Below are positions 52,188 through 64,000 of a DNA stretch of 64,000 nt, one piece after another. This DNA comes from Sphagnum compactum (Eukaryota). Within the stretch, counting starts at the first letter, position 1. Every line of letters starts with the position of its first letter. The notes beneath the pieces are model-generated. The model had not been told where the DNA came from, searched no databases, and saw only the letters and a program-made list of their open reading frames with translations. The DNA lies in NCBI GenBank assembly GCA_965153455.1, contig OZ234494.1, positions 6,262,001 to 6,326,000 on the forward strand, in the 5' to 3' direction. The position numbers and the translations under genes are program-made.

Positions 52188-54833
52188 TACTATAGTTGTA
52201 AGTTAGTTACAAGATGGACATTTATACAATAGAATATACACATTGTAAATATGGTTATAATCAACCATGTTCAACTTTGTTGACAAATTACACTTTAATA
52301 ACATGTAACAATTAAAGTAAATGTAGCACCCAATCAACAATTACTTTGCAACTAATCAATGGCATTAAGACATATGACGATGTCACATGTATGCATTTTC
52401 ATCACCATTAGATATGACACTATCAACTTGTTTGCAACTAATTGTCAACTATGATTCCCATTAGTACATTAATTGTTGTGCCACTAGGTTGACATTACAT
52501 AAATATTTATTTTCCATTATTTTATTATTATTATTCAACTATTTTCTTATTAGTCTTCCACTATATTACAATTCACAACATCATGTCACCTTACAAACCT
52601 ATCAAACCATAGAATTCATTAAGGAAAAAATCTATTTTTGAAATGAAAATTTTTAAATGTGTATATTGTATTACAAATTCAATTAGGGTGTACATATGGA
52701 TCTACTTTTATATACTTTGATGTTTATACATAAATGTTTAATTGCTTCACTAACAAGGTCGATTCCTTCAAGCCAATCATGTATTTATGTTTATTATAAA
52801 AAAATTCAAGATGAATTACCAAGGATATTTTTTTTCCTTCTAAAAATTAATATTTAGTAAACATGTAAGCCAAAGTTACCAAATCAACCCAGTCAACATT
52901 TGGACACATTAGTCAAATCAACCACATGATCGTTGTGAACAACTAGTAATGCAAAAAGATTCAACTTGAAATTTGAAATTTGAAAATATGAAATTTGGGC
53001 AAGAAACCTCTCAATAAATGACAGATGGTAGTAAATCAATAAATCTCCCCCTTTGCATCCACAACCTTCATACACGTATGCCTATTATCAAGAAACTCAA
53101 AATGATTTTTTCAAAAAAAAATTTGTTTCTTTAAACATTTTGTGCATTTCTTTATTTTTTAGTGATGCAATTACCGTATCATGTGTTACATAACTAAAAA
53201 TAATTTCTCCAATTTATAAATAAATTTGAAAGGTTATTACAATTTGTTTTTGTTTATTTAGAAAACTTAAAGGTAGAAGGTTGTTGTTCTTGGAGTTTGA
53301 AAATTTTTGTTTTTGTGCTTAGAGGTTGAAGGTTCTTGTTGTTGTTCTTGGAGGTTGAAGGCTCATGATTTATGTTATGTGAAATGTTTATTTGCATTTT
53401 ATTTTTTCAAATGATTTTTAAAAATCTTACATTTTCTTAGAAGTTGATTTGTAAAATGTAACTTATAATGATGAGGATTTGTGAAGGGTGAATTTTTTAA
53501 AATAATAATCATGTTGTGCTTTTGTTTATATTTGAACACTTAGATTTTTGGGGTGGAAGGTGGAGTTGAAATAAAATTTGTTTGTTCAAACACACGTTAT
53601 TTTTGTGCGTTCATGATGACACATTCTTGTGTTATTGGGCCAAATTTTGATAATGTTTGAATCCATCAAAATCAAAATTGTGCATACAAGGTAATATTTT
53701 TCCAAAAATAAAATGATGTTCCTGTTTGAAAAATATGGTTTTGAATAGAAAAACATGCACATGTCATGTTGTATAACTTGGTTAAATTATTAATAACTAT
53801 GTCATTAAATGTGTTATTTTTTGTTGTGTAATAATCCAAACCAATACATGCAAGAAGACAAATTCCAAAACAACAAATGTGAAGTAATAGACCAAATATG
53901 GTGACTTCTAACCACAATTTTTTAAATATGTGCTGCATTTTATTTTGAAACCACCATTGTATATTGCAAGTGTGGCTGATTATAGTTTAATTTGTATCAA
54001 TGTCATCTATGTTACATTTTAGTGATAAATAAGTTCTATTAATGGCATTACAATTGTAAATTTGTTTTATTTAAGTTGAAAAGATGGACATTTAGGTATA
54101 TTTTACATTACAATGTTATGTATATGTTATTGATTTCATTTCACATATGATATTGAATATCAGAATATATAGATTCTAAACAAACAAAGGTGGAATGAAG
54201 AAATTATGGCTCAAGTTTCATTTCAACAAAAAAAATTTAAAACATTAATTTATGGAAACATAATGTTTTAGATTCATGATAATATTTAATTATTGTGGTT
54301 CATCATTTTTGTGTGACCTTTTGTTTAGGCATAGGAAAATGGGTTTATTAGGTTCGTTGATGGATGAATAAAAAATATCACATAAGCATTAAGTTCGTCA
54401 ATGGATGAATTTGCCTATTAATCATTCCATAGTAATCACTTAATTTCCATTTACAAATTTCACAACTTTAAATTGTCACATAGTTGCTAATTAGTTGCAC
54501 CATTAATGTGTTTTCACTACACCTATAGTTACGAAAGAGTTACAATGGAAATCAATAGAGTTCATCATTTATGGATGGATGAACAACATCAACATGACAT
54601 TACAATGGTAGTTGAAAATTGATTGAATTGGAGTTGCACAACAATTGTTCCTACATAATTGCAACTAAATCACATGAGTTTCATATGTTTATAGTTTCAT
54701 TGCAATTCATGCAACTTGTTAAAATATTCATGTTATAAAAACACACTAATTTGTAATGAAGTTGCAAGTGGTCATTGCAACTCAAAAACCCAATTGCAAG
54801 GCTAGTTGTAAATCACCCTATCTTTTCATAATG
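52188..54833. mobile_element. Probable old non-autonomous CACTA-like element abutting the pogo-like transposase
   Basis: Ends TACTAT / ATAATG are one substitution from CACTA-type ends. TGCAACTA / TAGTTGCA subterminal motifs are inverted between the two ends. No matching TSD. Confidence 0.35.
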
Positions 54834-55760
54834 CAACTCATATCCAAAGGCTACAATGCATGGGGAGTATGTGAGGGCAAGGTTATCATATTTAATCTAG
54901 CTTGTTATGATTTTTTTATTGCTTTTAAACTAACATGTGATCCATGTCCACCTAGGATTAACAAACAATGATTGGATTGAAAAATCCCACTTGGGATCAA
55001 CTTTGTAGAAAATGAAAGAAATTGTTTGAACAACAAAGATGTCATCCATGTTTTTTCTCCTACATTGCCATACATGATCCTAGTTTGCATTCTCTAATGT
55101 AATCATCTTTGATTTTTTCTCCTTTGAAAATGTAGAATTTAGGTAGAACGTTTCTTGCTACACTAACAACACAATTAATTGTCAACCATTTTCTTAACTT
55201 TAGGATTATGACGTAAACCTTTTATGAACCCCTCTTTGCTAACACCCTTATTCAGGATTGTTTACTAGCCTAAATCCCTATTTTGTTTAAGTTTTGTAGT
55301 GTAATTGTGCTAGTTATAAATTGCTTGTAGGTTCTAATAGAAAGAAATGCATGCATTTTTTGTCAATCCTTGTGCCTTGGAAATTTCAAGTCCCTTTGCT
55401 AGTCGTGTTGAAATTTTTGGATGTTTACGTTTGAACCAATACCACCATGAATTCCTTGGGATCCCATCCTTGAATGGTGTAGGTTGAATTTGTGTCAATT
55501 CAACAACTTTGAATTTGAGTTGTTATAATGTAATTGGTAGTTCATAATCTTGCATGTCCAAAATCCAAGATATAACTTTTGCTTCCACTGATTCTAATAA
55601 CCTATGGGCCAACCTTCCTAGATCTAGTCTTGCCATTCAAGTGGTTTAAAATGATGTTGAGGGTATGTTTTAGTGGTAGCTTGCCCTCTTTAATGATGTA
55701 AGTCTTCTTTCCGTGGGGTCTAGGGCCTCTTATAATTATAGTTGTGCCTTTAATTATTCT
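54834..55760 (-). pseudogene. Decayed pogo/Tigger-like (Tc1/mariner superfamily) transposase: CENP-B-type HTH plus DDE_1 domain
   Basis: Minus-strand fragments HLNGKTRSRKVGP, TPFKDGIPRNSWWYWFKRKHP, WMTSLLFKQFL, LLILGGHGSHV (LLILDGHGSH-like) and MITLPSHTPHAL*PLD. Truncated at 54834. Confidence 0.88.
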
Positions 55761-57576
55761 TGCTAATTTGTGGCATTGTGTTCAAGGTTGAAAAAGAATG
55801 TTCTCCTTGTCCACAACTTGCTAATTGTTCTTCCTTTTGCATGACACATGCATCATCATGATTGATTTGATCCTTTTGGCCCTAACCTCCACCAAACTCG
55901 AAATTTTTGTTCAAGACCAACAAGTGGTATTCCTTTCTTTACTTTAAATTCAGACCAAGACCACAAAAATTTAGTTACTGGGTGTAATCACAAATCAATG
56001 AACCAATTCGTTTACTTTGTTTTAAAGAACTATAATCCTTTTGTTTTTAAAAAAAAATCATAAAAAGGAATTATTTAACAAAATATTTTTCAATTATTAA
56101 TTGTACTTATTATAGTTTTTCCAATATATCACTTTTTTTATTAGTCATTTTTTAATAAATATGAATTTTGCACTAGATTTTAATGTTTCGTCTCGAAAAT
56201 GATCACAATTTCAAATCATGCCAAAACAAATTAACTACTTGGAGGTTTATTCTTTTGTATTATAAGCTACAACTTTGTTTTAAACACCATTTACATTACA
56301 TCACATTTACATGCCATTAAAGATTCATGAACATCAAATAGACCCAAAATTTCAATTTTTTGGGGAAAAACATCAAATTATAGATTCCTTATATTTTGAG
56401 TGTTTTTTATGTGTGTCAAATAGTCCCCTATTATTACAAACAAATTCAACATCAAAAAGTTTGTATAGTATGAAAATCAAGGGCATTTTTGTGAAATTAG
56501 TAATGTTTGATAAAACATTTGCTCAACTTTAAAAGTCTTTTGTTCAAATCGAACTTGAAATCCAAAGATCTAATGGTTCAATTTAGATTTTTCAACATCC
56601 ATATTAATCATGAAGCACAACTTGCCACGATCAACATGCCATTAAAGGGGCACCACATAGGCATATATTGAAAAAAAATGCAGTTTTGAACATGAATTGA
56701 CATGGTTTTTGGCTTGTTGTTTTGCATTTTTACCCTACTTCCAAGTAAATATCAAGAGCATAAAATTCATTTTTTCCTCCAACATCTAAAATTAAATTGT
56801 TAAAATCTACTAAAAAAATTTAAACTAAGTTCTCATCCATCATTGATGTGTAGATTATGGAGTGAATCTCAAATTGTGATGTTGTTGAGCACATTGGAAA
56901 CTACAAGAGCCAATTTTCCTTTCAAAACATGGAACCTTTACATGTTTAACAACTCAATGATAGTATAAATATTTCCTAAATATTTCATTGTAAACCTTGT
57001 CTATACATGAACAAATGTATTCATCAAATGTAGGATCTACTTACACATCAACAAGTTTTTCCTTATTTAATTCACCTCTTAAACTATAATTTTGTTGCAT
57101 TCAACCTTTTTATCTACTTTCACCTCTTGAATTGCAACTCTACTACATTTAATGTTTTCCTTTACCTTCACCTTTATCTACTCTCTAGCACTTTTACACT
57201 CAGTTTGTTCTCCATACAATATTGATTTTAATCCTTTGGCTCTTGAAACTAGGAGTTCAAAAATATTCCACAATTCATGCTTAACATATTTTGGAATTTG
57301 GGACATTTTTCTTTTTTGGTGAAAAGAATAAAAAATGTTATTATATTGAAACATTTTTCCATTAAATTTTTGTTATTATATTTTTGGTGAGAAATGTGGG
57401 CAACATAATGCTAATTGACGTCTTTGTTGTTCTCAAATTGCTTCGCCACCAAACATTTTTCATAATGAACTGTAATGATTTTTAAATTTACCTTAAACTA
57501 GTCCTTTAACCAAACATTTAATATACCAACTCCACAACAATCTTGAAATTTCTCGCACCTTCCACATTTATTAAAT

Positions 57577-57790
57577 GCACCCACATCTATATAATGAACA
57601 TTTAAAACCTTAAATCAACTTTTAATCCACTTATCTCCAAACACTTACCCTCCAAGTCTTTATTTTATTCAACCCCATATGAGATCCCACACCCTCTCCC
57701 TATATCAAGGGCACCCACATTTGCATAATGAACACCTTAAACCCTAAATCAACTTTAAAATCACCTATCTCCAAACACTTAATCCTCCCA
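57577..57790. repeat. Local direct duplication of ~78 bp, period ~134 bp
   Basis: GCACCCACAT...ATAATGAACA...TAAATCAACTTT...TATCTCCAAACACTTA occurs twice. Confidence 0.8.
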
Positions 57791-58270
57791 TTCTTGTTTG
57801 TCCTAATTTTGTTCATGTGCACACCTCTATGAATATGATTGCAACTTCCAAATCACATCACCAAGAACCCAATTCTCTAAAGAGGTCATCGTTTGTTGAA
57901 AATGGGATATGGTCATGCCCATTATCAAACATGTATTCTATATTTCTAATCAAATGATCGATAAAGACAAATCACATTCTTCTTGCACTTTGCGTTCAAT
58001 ATTAGGCTGAAGGGTGAACAGTTGTAAGTGAGTATATTTTTGGTCATAAGCCCACCCACCCTTGTTCCATTAGGGTGTTTGGTCATGGGCGGGCATATGG
58101 TCATGGGCGAGCAAGTTTTGATCGATAATTGCGGAGCATTTGGTGATAGTCGTTTCTACCCTAGTACTTGAAACTATCTCCTCTTTGGTAAGTTACTTAC
58201 ACTAGCTCCAACCATTCAAGCGTCACTCAAAATGGCATTTTGACCCCAGGGGTGATGGGCCATGTAGCAT

Positions 58271-58470
58271 GGGGCATGCATGGCTCAATGGTATAACCCC
58301 ACTTCTGGGACCCACAAATAAGGTCCTAGGATCGAACCCAGTGGTGTGCAGGTGAAACTTCTGTCGGCCCTCTGCTCAATGAACTTGACTTGGGGGTGTC
58401 AATGGCTTGTCAGGTCAAAAGGTCTGCTGTTGTTGGTGTGCTTCCAAATAATAATAATATTATTATTAAA
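58271..58470 (+). mobile_element. Putative tRNA-derived SINE
   Basis: A-box-like TGGCTCAATGG (58281-58291), B-box-like GGATCGAACCC (58329-58339), a ~100-bp unrelated body and an (AAT)n tail at ~58446. No clear TSD and no cloverleaf. Confidence 0.5.
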
Positions 58471-59481
58471 TAAAAATGGGCACATTGAATTGCTACAATT
58501 GGACCGCTCTCATATATTGATTCATTCAATGGCTTGTGTTATGAATGTTAGTGTTAGTACGATTACCCTTTTTTTTTTTCTTTTGGGTGGACCTCTTTTG
58601 ATTGGCCTACCACCCAAAAAAACACCCCGACTTTGGCAGATTTGTAAAATAAAAATCTGTTCACATGGGCACACACATGTAAGCGTGGTGAACAAAGTTT
58701 GGGGGCCACTCCCAAATAAAACATAATTTTGTAGTCTTCTTCTCTTTTGGGCTACTTCTAGAGTTTTACTTATAGAGGACTTTGGGCAAAACGGTATAGC
58801 ATAAAATGTGCTGCTGTTGGGAACATAATATATAACCATTTGAGCACTTGGTGGGAACATAAGGAACCATATGGAATATATTTGGGAACACCAAATTCCA
58901 AAAAAATCTCCTTCTCCCCCCCCCCCTTTTCTTTGGAAGGAAAAAAATGGGGCCTCCTGGATGCAAGTTTGCCTCCTCTCATTGGCTGGGAAGGATTTTC
59001 TATTTCTAATTTTTCTGTTGATCACCATTTGTGGCCTAAGCTAATAATGGCAGGGCATTGGTATAAATTTTGTCACTGTGCTGTATAAAGGGCCCCCCAA
59101 ATGAACCAAGCACTAAGTAGCACATTACACAGGATGGATGATATATGAACAGACAACACTTTTTTCTTGTCCCATAGCTACCATTCACATTCATCTATCT
59201 ACCTACATTGTAACCACCAAGTGCCTTACTTTACCTAATGAGATAGTACCACTTACATTCCTTACCCCACCTACTATTGAAAAAATTCCAACATGTGAAC
59301 TCCTAAATACTTGTCAATATGAGGGTTTGAGCTTGAGCCCTTTTTATTAAACACAAGCTTTTACTATTATTTTTCATTACAAGGATGAATTAGTTTTGAA
59401 TGTTTGAAAAATCCATCCATGTAATATTGATGCTCATTAACCCAGGTCCCAAAGTGAACCTTATAATTATCAAGTTTTTGG

Positions 59482-59515
<34 letters not shown>

Positions 59516-62500
59516 GATGTGGTGCAGCAATGTAAACTCCTTTTTGACTGATTGTGTTAGCTTTTTCTAAACTCTAAGTTTTTATAGATATTACGTTAAA
59601 TTGATAATTTTCATTTAAAACACTCATAAGTTGTTATAACTATTGAAAAACAACAATTTTTTTTTTTTATGTTTTAATTTTTTTTCCCTGGTTAGAATTA
59701 GTCAAAGATCAAGTTAAATATATTTATTTACTTTGTAATGAAATCATTCCATTATTCAAAATTGTTACTACTCTTGATCCCCCATCATAATAGGTCAACT
59801 CCAGTAGGCAGGTTCCAGATCCTACCATCTAAGTACTTCATCTACCAAATGGATTGAGTCCAAGCATCAAGATATAAGGGGGTAATTTTCTTTTCCATTT
59901 TTGTGACATCGAAAATTTGGCAAAATTAGTCAAATTTACACTAGAAAAAAGAATTACCAAAAATTTCCCAATTTCCTGTCAGAGAAAGTGACAACATTTT
60001 CCTTTAAAAAAAGAAAAACAATGGTCAGATCCCAACATAAATGTTTTTTTTAATATTATGGGTATGCCCCATTCCACCTAGGAACCTGTGGAGCGTGGCA
60101 GGGTGAGATGTCCTTCGGTCAGGTGGTAACAGGTTCTACCAGGGCCTATTTTTTATGGTAACCCATGTTCCCCAACTGTTGCTTCACATAACTAAAGTGT
60201 TCCCAATTGAGTGGAACAAGTATTTGATCATCTACCCCACCTATGGAAAATAATAATAACAATAATAATAAGATAATAAAACAAAAATTTGAGTACCTCA
60301 ATAAGACACCAAAACAGATTACAAAATCGATTCTCTCCTATTCCCTCGAATTTGAGGTATCTTTGAAGTGGCACATAGTTCTGCACTACCATTCAGGTTA
60401 CGGTGTTGAAAAGCAACAAATTCTTAGCAAGAATTGTATTATTGCTAGCTATATTAATAATTCAATCAAGAGTCTTGTCCCCCAGCTTCCCCACCTATGG
60501 TATTATTATATACCTTTTATTTGTCTTTTGTGTGATATATATATATATATATATATGGCTCTATTGAATGGGAGAGAACATGGAACAATGTAATTTTCAT
60601 TTGATCTCACATTTTTAGGCATGTATATCAAGTGTTATTCTGAATTATGAGTTTATTTCTTAAAACTTATGAAATATTTCTTATTTTAACTATTGTTGGT
60701 TTGAAGTTTGAACTTGCCATAATGGGCAAAGTGTTTAGAGCATCTTCATTGCAAATTAATGAAAATTGACTAACAAATGCACATTGTTAGAGAGTTTGTT
60801 GGTAGCAAACCAGGTATGTCATTTGTAACAAGTTTGCGCTCTATTGTAACCACCATATCAACTGCACATTTCATAGTTGTAAAGTGGGTGCATGCATTCC
60901 ATAGTGGGATTGTGCTTTGTTGTGGGTAGTTAACAAATTGCGTGTGGTGTAGGTGGCAATGTTACCATGGTAGCCCACGAAAGCTCACTTTGCCACCTAA
61001 AACCATACAAATGTTTGTCGATTAATGGACTTTATCTACTCTCATCACTAGGATGGAGGAAAAAACAATGATCAATGTTTTTAAAATAATCATTCAAGTT
61101 TAAACATATGATTGAAATCCAGTCTAGTTTAGTGTTGAGAAATCAACAACAATGGGTGTGAGATCATCCCATTCATCAAATCCTTGTGTAAATTTGTCAA
61201 ACTCTGAAAGTGCAAAAGGTTATGCTTTCCTCACCAATTACATTAATAGTTTCAAATCAAGTGTGTTTTCAAGCTTGGAGCATTCCAATTATTACACCTT
61301 TTACCCATTAGCTCTTGCCCTTTTGATTGTCATGGTTTTATGTTGTTCAAAATTGATCACCATAGTTTTGTTGTTTCTTGTGGTCTTGGTGTTCCTTCTA
61401 ATTGTCATGCTTTTGTGTTGTAATTGTCATGGTTTCATATAGGGAAAGAGTACAATTCAATTGCACAAATTGTTGTCCATAATAACAAACATAAGTACAA
61501 CAAATTTTACCCTAATAACAATTGGATAGTTCTCGCAATATTGTTGCAATAACAAACATCTATCGTTACACATACATATGTCTCGTCACTTTTTGCTTGG
61601 GTATAGAATTGTAGTTGATGACTATTCATCTTTTAATAGAGGAGTTTGGAATGTGTATCTAGTTTAAAATGTTTCTTTGTCTCTATTTAATGTGAAGGGT
61701 CTTATCATTACAAGTTGTATATATAAAAGATCACATCTATGGAGATAATATTACAGAACAAGAAGGAATTCGATAGGTTGTGTAAACTTTGTTAGAGAAC
61801 TTTTTGATAACAATACTTCTTTTTGTGGAAAAAGGGTGGGTGATAATCAAATTATGGTACTAATGTTTTGCGAGATTTGACTCTAAATATGCTTTTGGGT
61901 CCCAAGGATTGGTGAAGTTGTCAAGCTTGTAATAGAAGAAAATGTGTTTTCAGGTGGATGAAGTGGGATGTCCCATTTTTTCCATTTTTTAGATTGCTAA
62001 ATTTTAGGTTTCATCAAGGTTTAGCCCTATCAAGGATTCGTGGGTATTCTAGTTAACTTGGGCTATCACCTCAAAATTATTAAAAAATGAGAACACAAGC
62101 TAAAGAACAATGTTGGTGGTGCCAAAGTTGAACTTTGAGCTTGAAATGCTTGTCCACACATGCAACAAATCATTGTGAAGGTAGGTCCTATAATTGGATT
62201 TATGAAAACTTCCCAACAGCTAGGTAGGATCCAAAGTGTTTGAATCCCCACTTTTAGCAACGTCAAGCCAAGATGATGACAAAACATACCATTGAGTTTA
62301 ACAATTTCAATAAGGGGATGACAAGCAACTTAATGAAACTATTGGCATGGTGGTGTTCCTCCAAGAAATCGGCAAATTGTGTATGAAGAGTGATGCTCTA
62401 GAAGATAAGCTCCAAACCTTGAATGGACTTTTAAATATAAAAAAGTTCTGTGAAATAATAAGTGTCGTGAAAACTTTCATTCATATTTGAATTTTTTTAT

Positions 62501-63589
62501 AAAAAATCAAATAATAATTACAAGTTTTTTAATGTGACAAACCAATCCCCATAACCAAACATCCTCTTTGAATTTGTTGATGTTGTTTTGTGAAAATGAG
62601 TCCAACCGACCTCTAAATCAAACATTGCCTTTGAAAAAATCATTTGCATTTTTAATTTTTTTCTTAAATTATTTTGAAACACACCCATAACCAAATGCTC
62701 AAAACCTGATTAAAATACTTTTCACCTTTATCTCTTTTCAAATAAGTACACGAAAATATGTTGTTTCTCTCCCATCCTATTGCCAGCCATATTTAAATAT
62801 TAACAACCACTATTTTTTTTATTACTAGCCTTTTCCCCATGCCCATAATCGCAAACAAAAAGTAACATTCCATTGCACACCTTAAAAAAACACAACACAA
62901 TTTTTCAAGATCAAATGGATAATTTTTTTTTTAAAGATGTGTAAAGCCAATGCAATCATTTTTATTTTTTAAAAATTAAATAGTGTAAATTCAACTAATT
63001 TTGCTAAATTTGGACTCCAAAAATGCCCAATTTTTTGATATCATAAAATTGAAAAAAGAAAACCCTGGGACTTGTGCAGTGGTTTTGTTTTTGGCTTTTG
63101 GTATCCATTTTTTTTAATGTAGCAAAAATGCCACTGAAATCATCCATACGAAGATTTAGCCAGATTTGACTACAAACAAATAAATGCAGATATGAAAAGA
63201 AGTTTTTTGGGAATGATCCTTTAATGTTTTTGGCTACCTACTTGAACCATGTAGATAGAAATCCGGAAAGTTTCTTCATTTATTTTTTCCGAATTCTGGC
63301 TATTGAATATCCCCAAAAATCACTTACATATTTGTAATTACTCTAGTATTTTGACACATGTGTGTCGAATAATTAATCAATTTTGAAATTTTCATTTGGA
63401 CAAACTTAATATATTCTTGAAGATTCAATACCTATTTTTCCTTCATAGATTTATTTTTTTGATTTTAGGGTGGAAATTTTCAAGATTTTTAAAAAATAGT
63501 ATAATTTAGTGTCGAAGCTTCCCCTGGTAGTTATTATTAGCTTTCTGACGAGATTTCGCCAATTGAAAAAAAGGGCTGGATGGATGGAT

Positions 63590-64000
63590 GGATGGATCAT
63601 CATGGCAGTGAACGGGGAACGCATACGGTGAACGGGAACGCAATGGTGAACAGTGGTTAGGTTCAGAGGTAACTTGACCAAAGTTAAGCGATGGCGGAAG
63701 AAAGGCTCAGTCTCTTCTTTGCCATTGCAGTAGTGTTTGTTGCGCAATTTTCGGCTTCTTCTTCCCTTCTCCCGTGTTTTCCTTGCATTGTTGCTCCGAT
63801 TTTGGCCGTGCAAATCCAGATTTGCACTGTTGGAAAAGGCCCGGAAGAAGCTCGAAAAATTCACCCGAAATTTTGTGGTTTTGTTTTGGCTTTTTTCTTT
63901 GTTTTTTGGGGATGTTATTCCGGGAGCTGGTGATGGTGGTGGTGGTGGTCAACACTCAACACTGCGGGCAAGAAACGAGGCATGCTTCTCTAGGGCAACG
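63590..64000 (+). promoter_or_regulatory. Possible promoter/5' leader of a gene beyond the window end
   Basis: Abrupt rise in GC and CpG content with CT-rich tracts. The 80-aa ORF at 63691 is not recognisable. Confidence 0.3.

Noticed and set aside
58281-58345. tRNA gene
   Set aside because: A and B boxes are present, but no acceptor stem, anticodon arm or poly-T terminator could be built.
60738-62398. Possible 1.66-kb Harbinger element (GAGCATC...GATGCTC ends)
   Set aside because: The TIR match is short and needs a gap, the flanks do not match, and internal transposase motifs are unconvincing.
63691-63933. 80-aa ORF with a signal-peptide-like start
   Set aside because: The hydrophobicity comes from CT/T-rich leader-like sequence. 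No domain is recognisable, so it is treated as possible UTR.

Overview
AT-rich eukaryotic nuclear DNA from a land plant. TTTAGGG telomere motifs and a MIR319 whose mature strand starts CUUGGAC suggest a bryophyte, possibly a peat moss; the taxon is my inference. I see no intact protein-coding gene, and almost all ORF-track entries are spurious or transposon relics. The one clearly functional locus is a MIR319 precursor on the minus strand (about 12.13-12.34 kb), bracketed by a ~70-bp direct repeat. The rest is a transposon and pseudogene graveyard: decayed hAT-like and pogo-like transposases, several MITEs with readable TIRs/TSDs (hAT, PIF/Harbinger, CACTA, one 4-bp-TSD type), non-autonomous Helitrons, a tRNA-type SINE, minisatellites and interstitial telomere repeats. 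Three heavily decayed gene relics are present: omega-3 desaturase-like, F-box-associated-like and, speculatively, CFAP92-like. The most unusual structure is a 2.2-kb palindromic Helitron concatemer (+,+,-,-) at 39932-42147 that inverts exactly at the Helitron 3' hairpin. All calls were made by eye, protein-family calls rest on remembered motifs, and no search was run.
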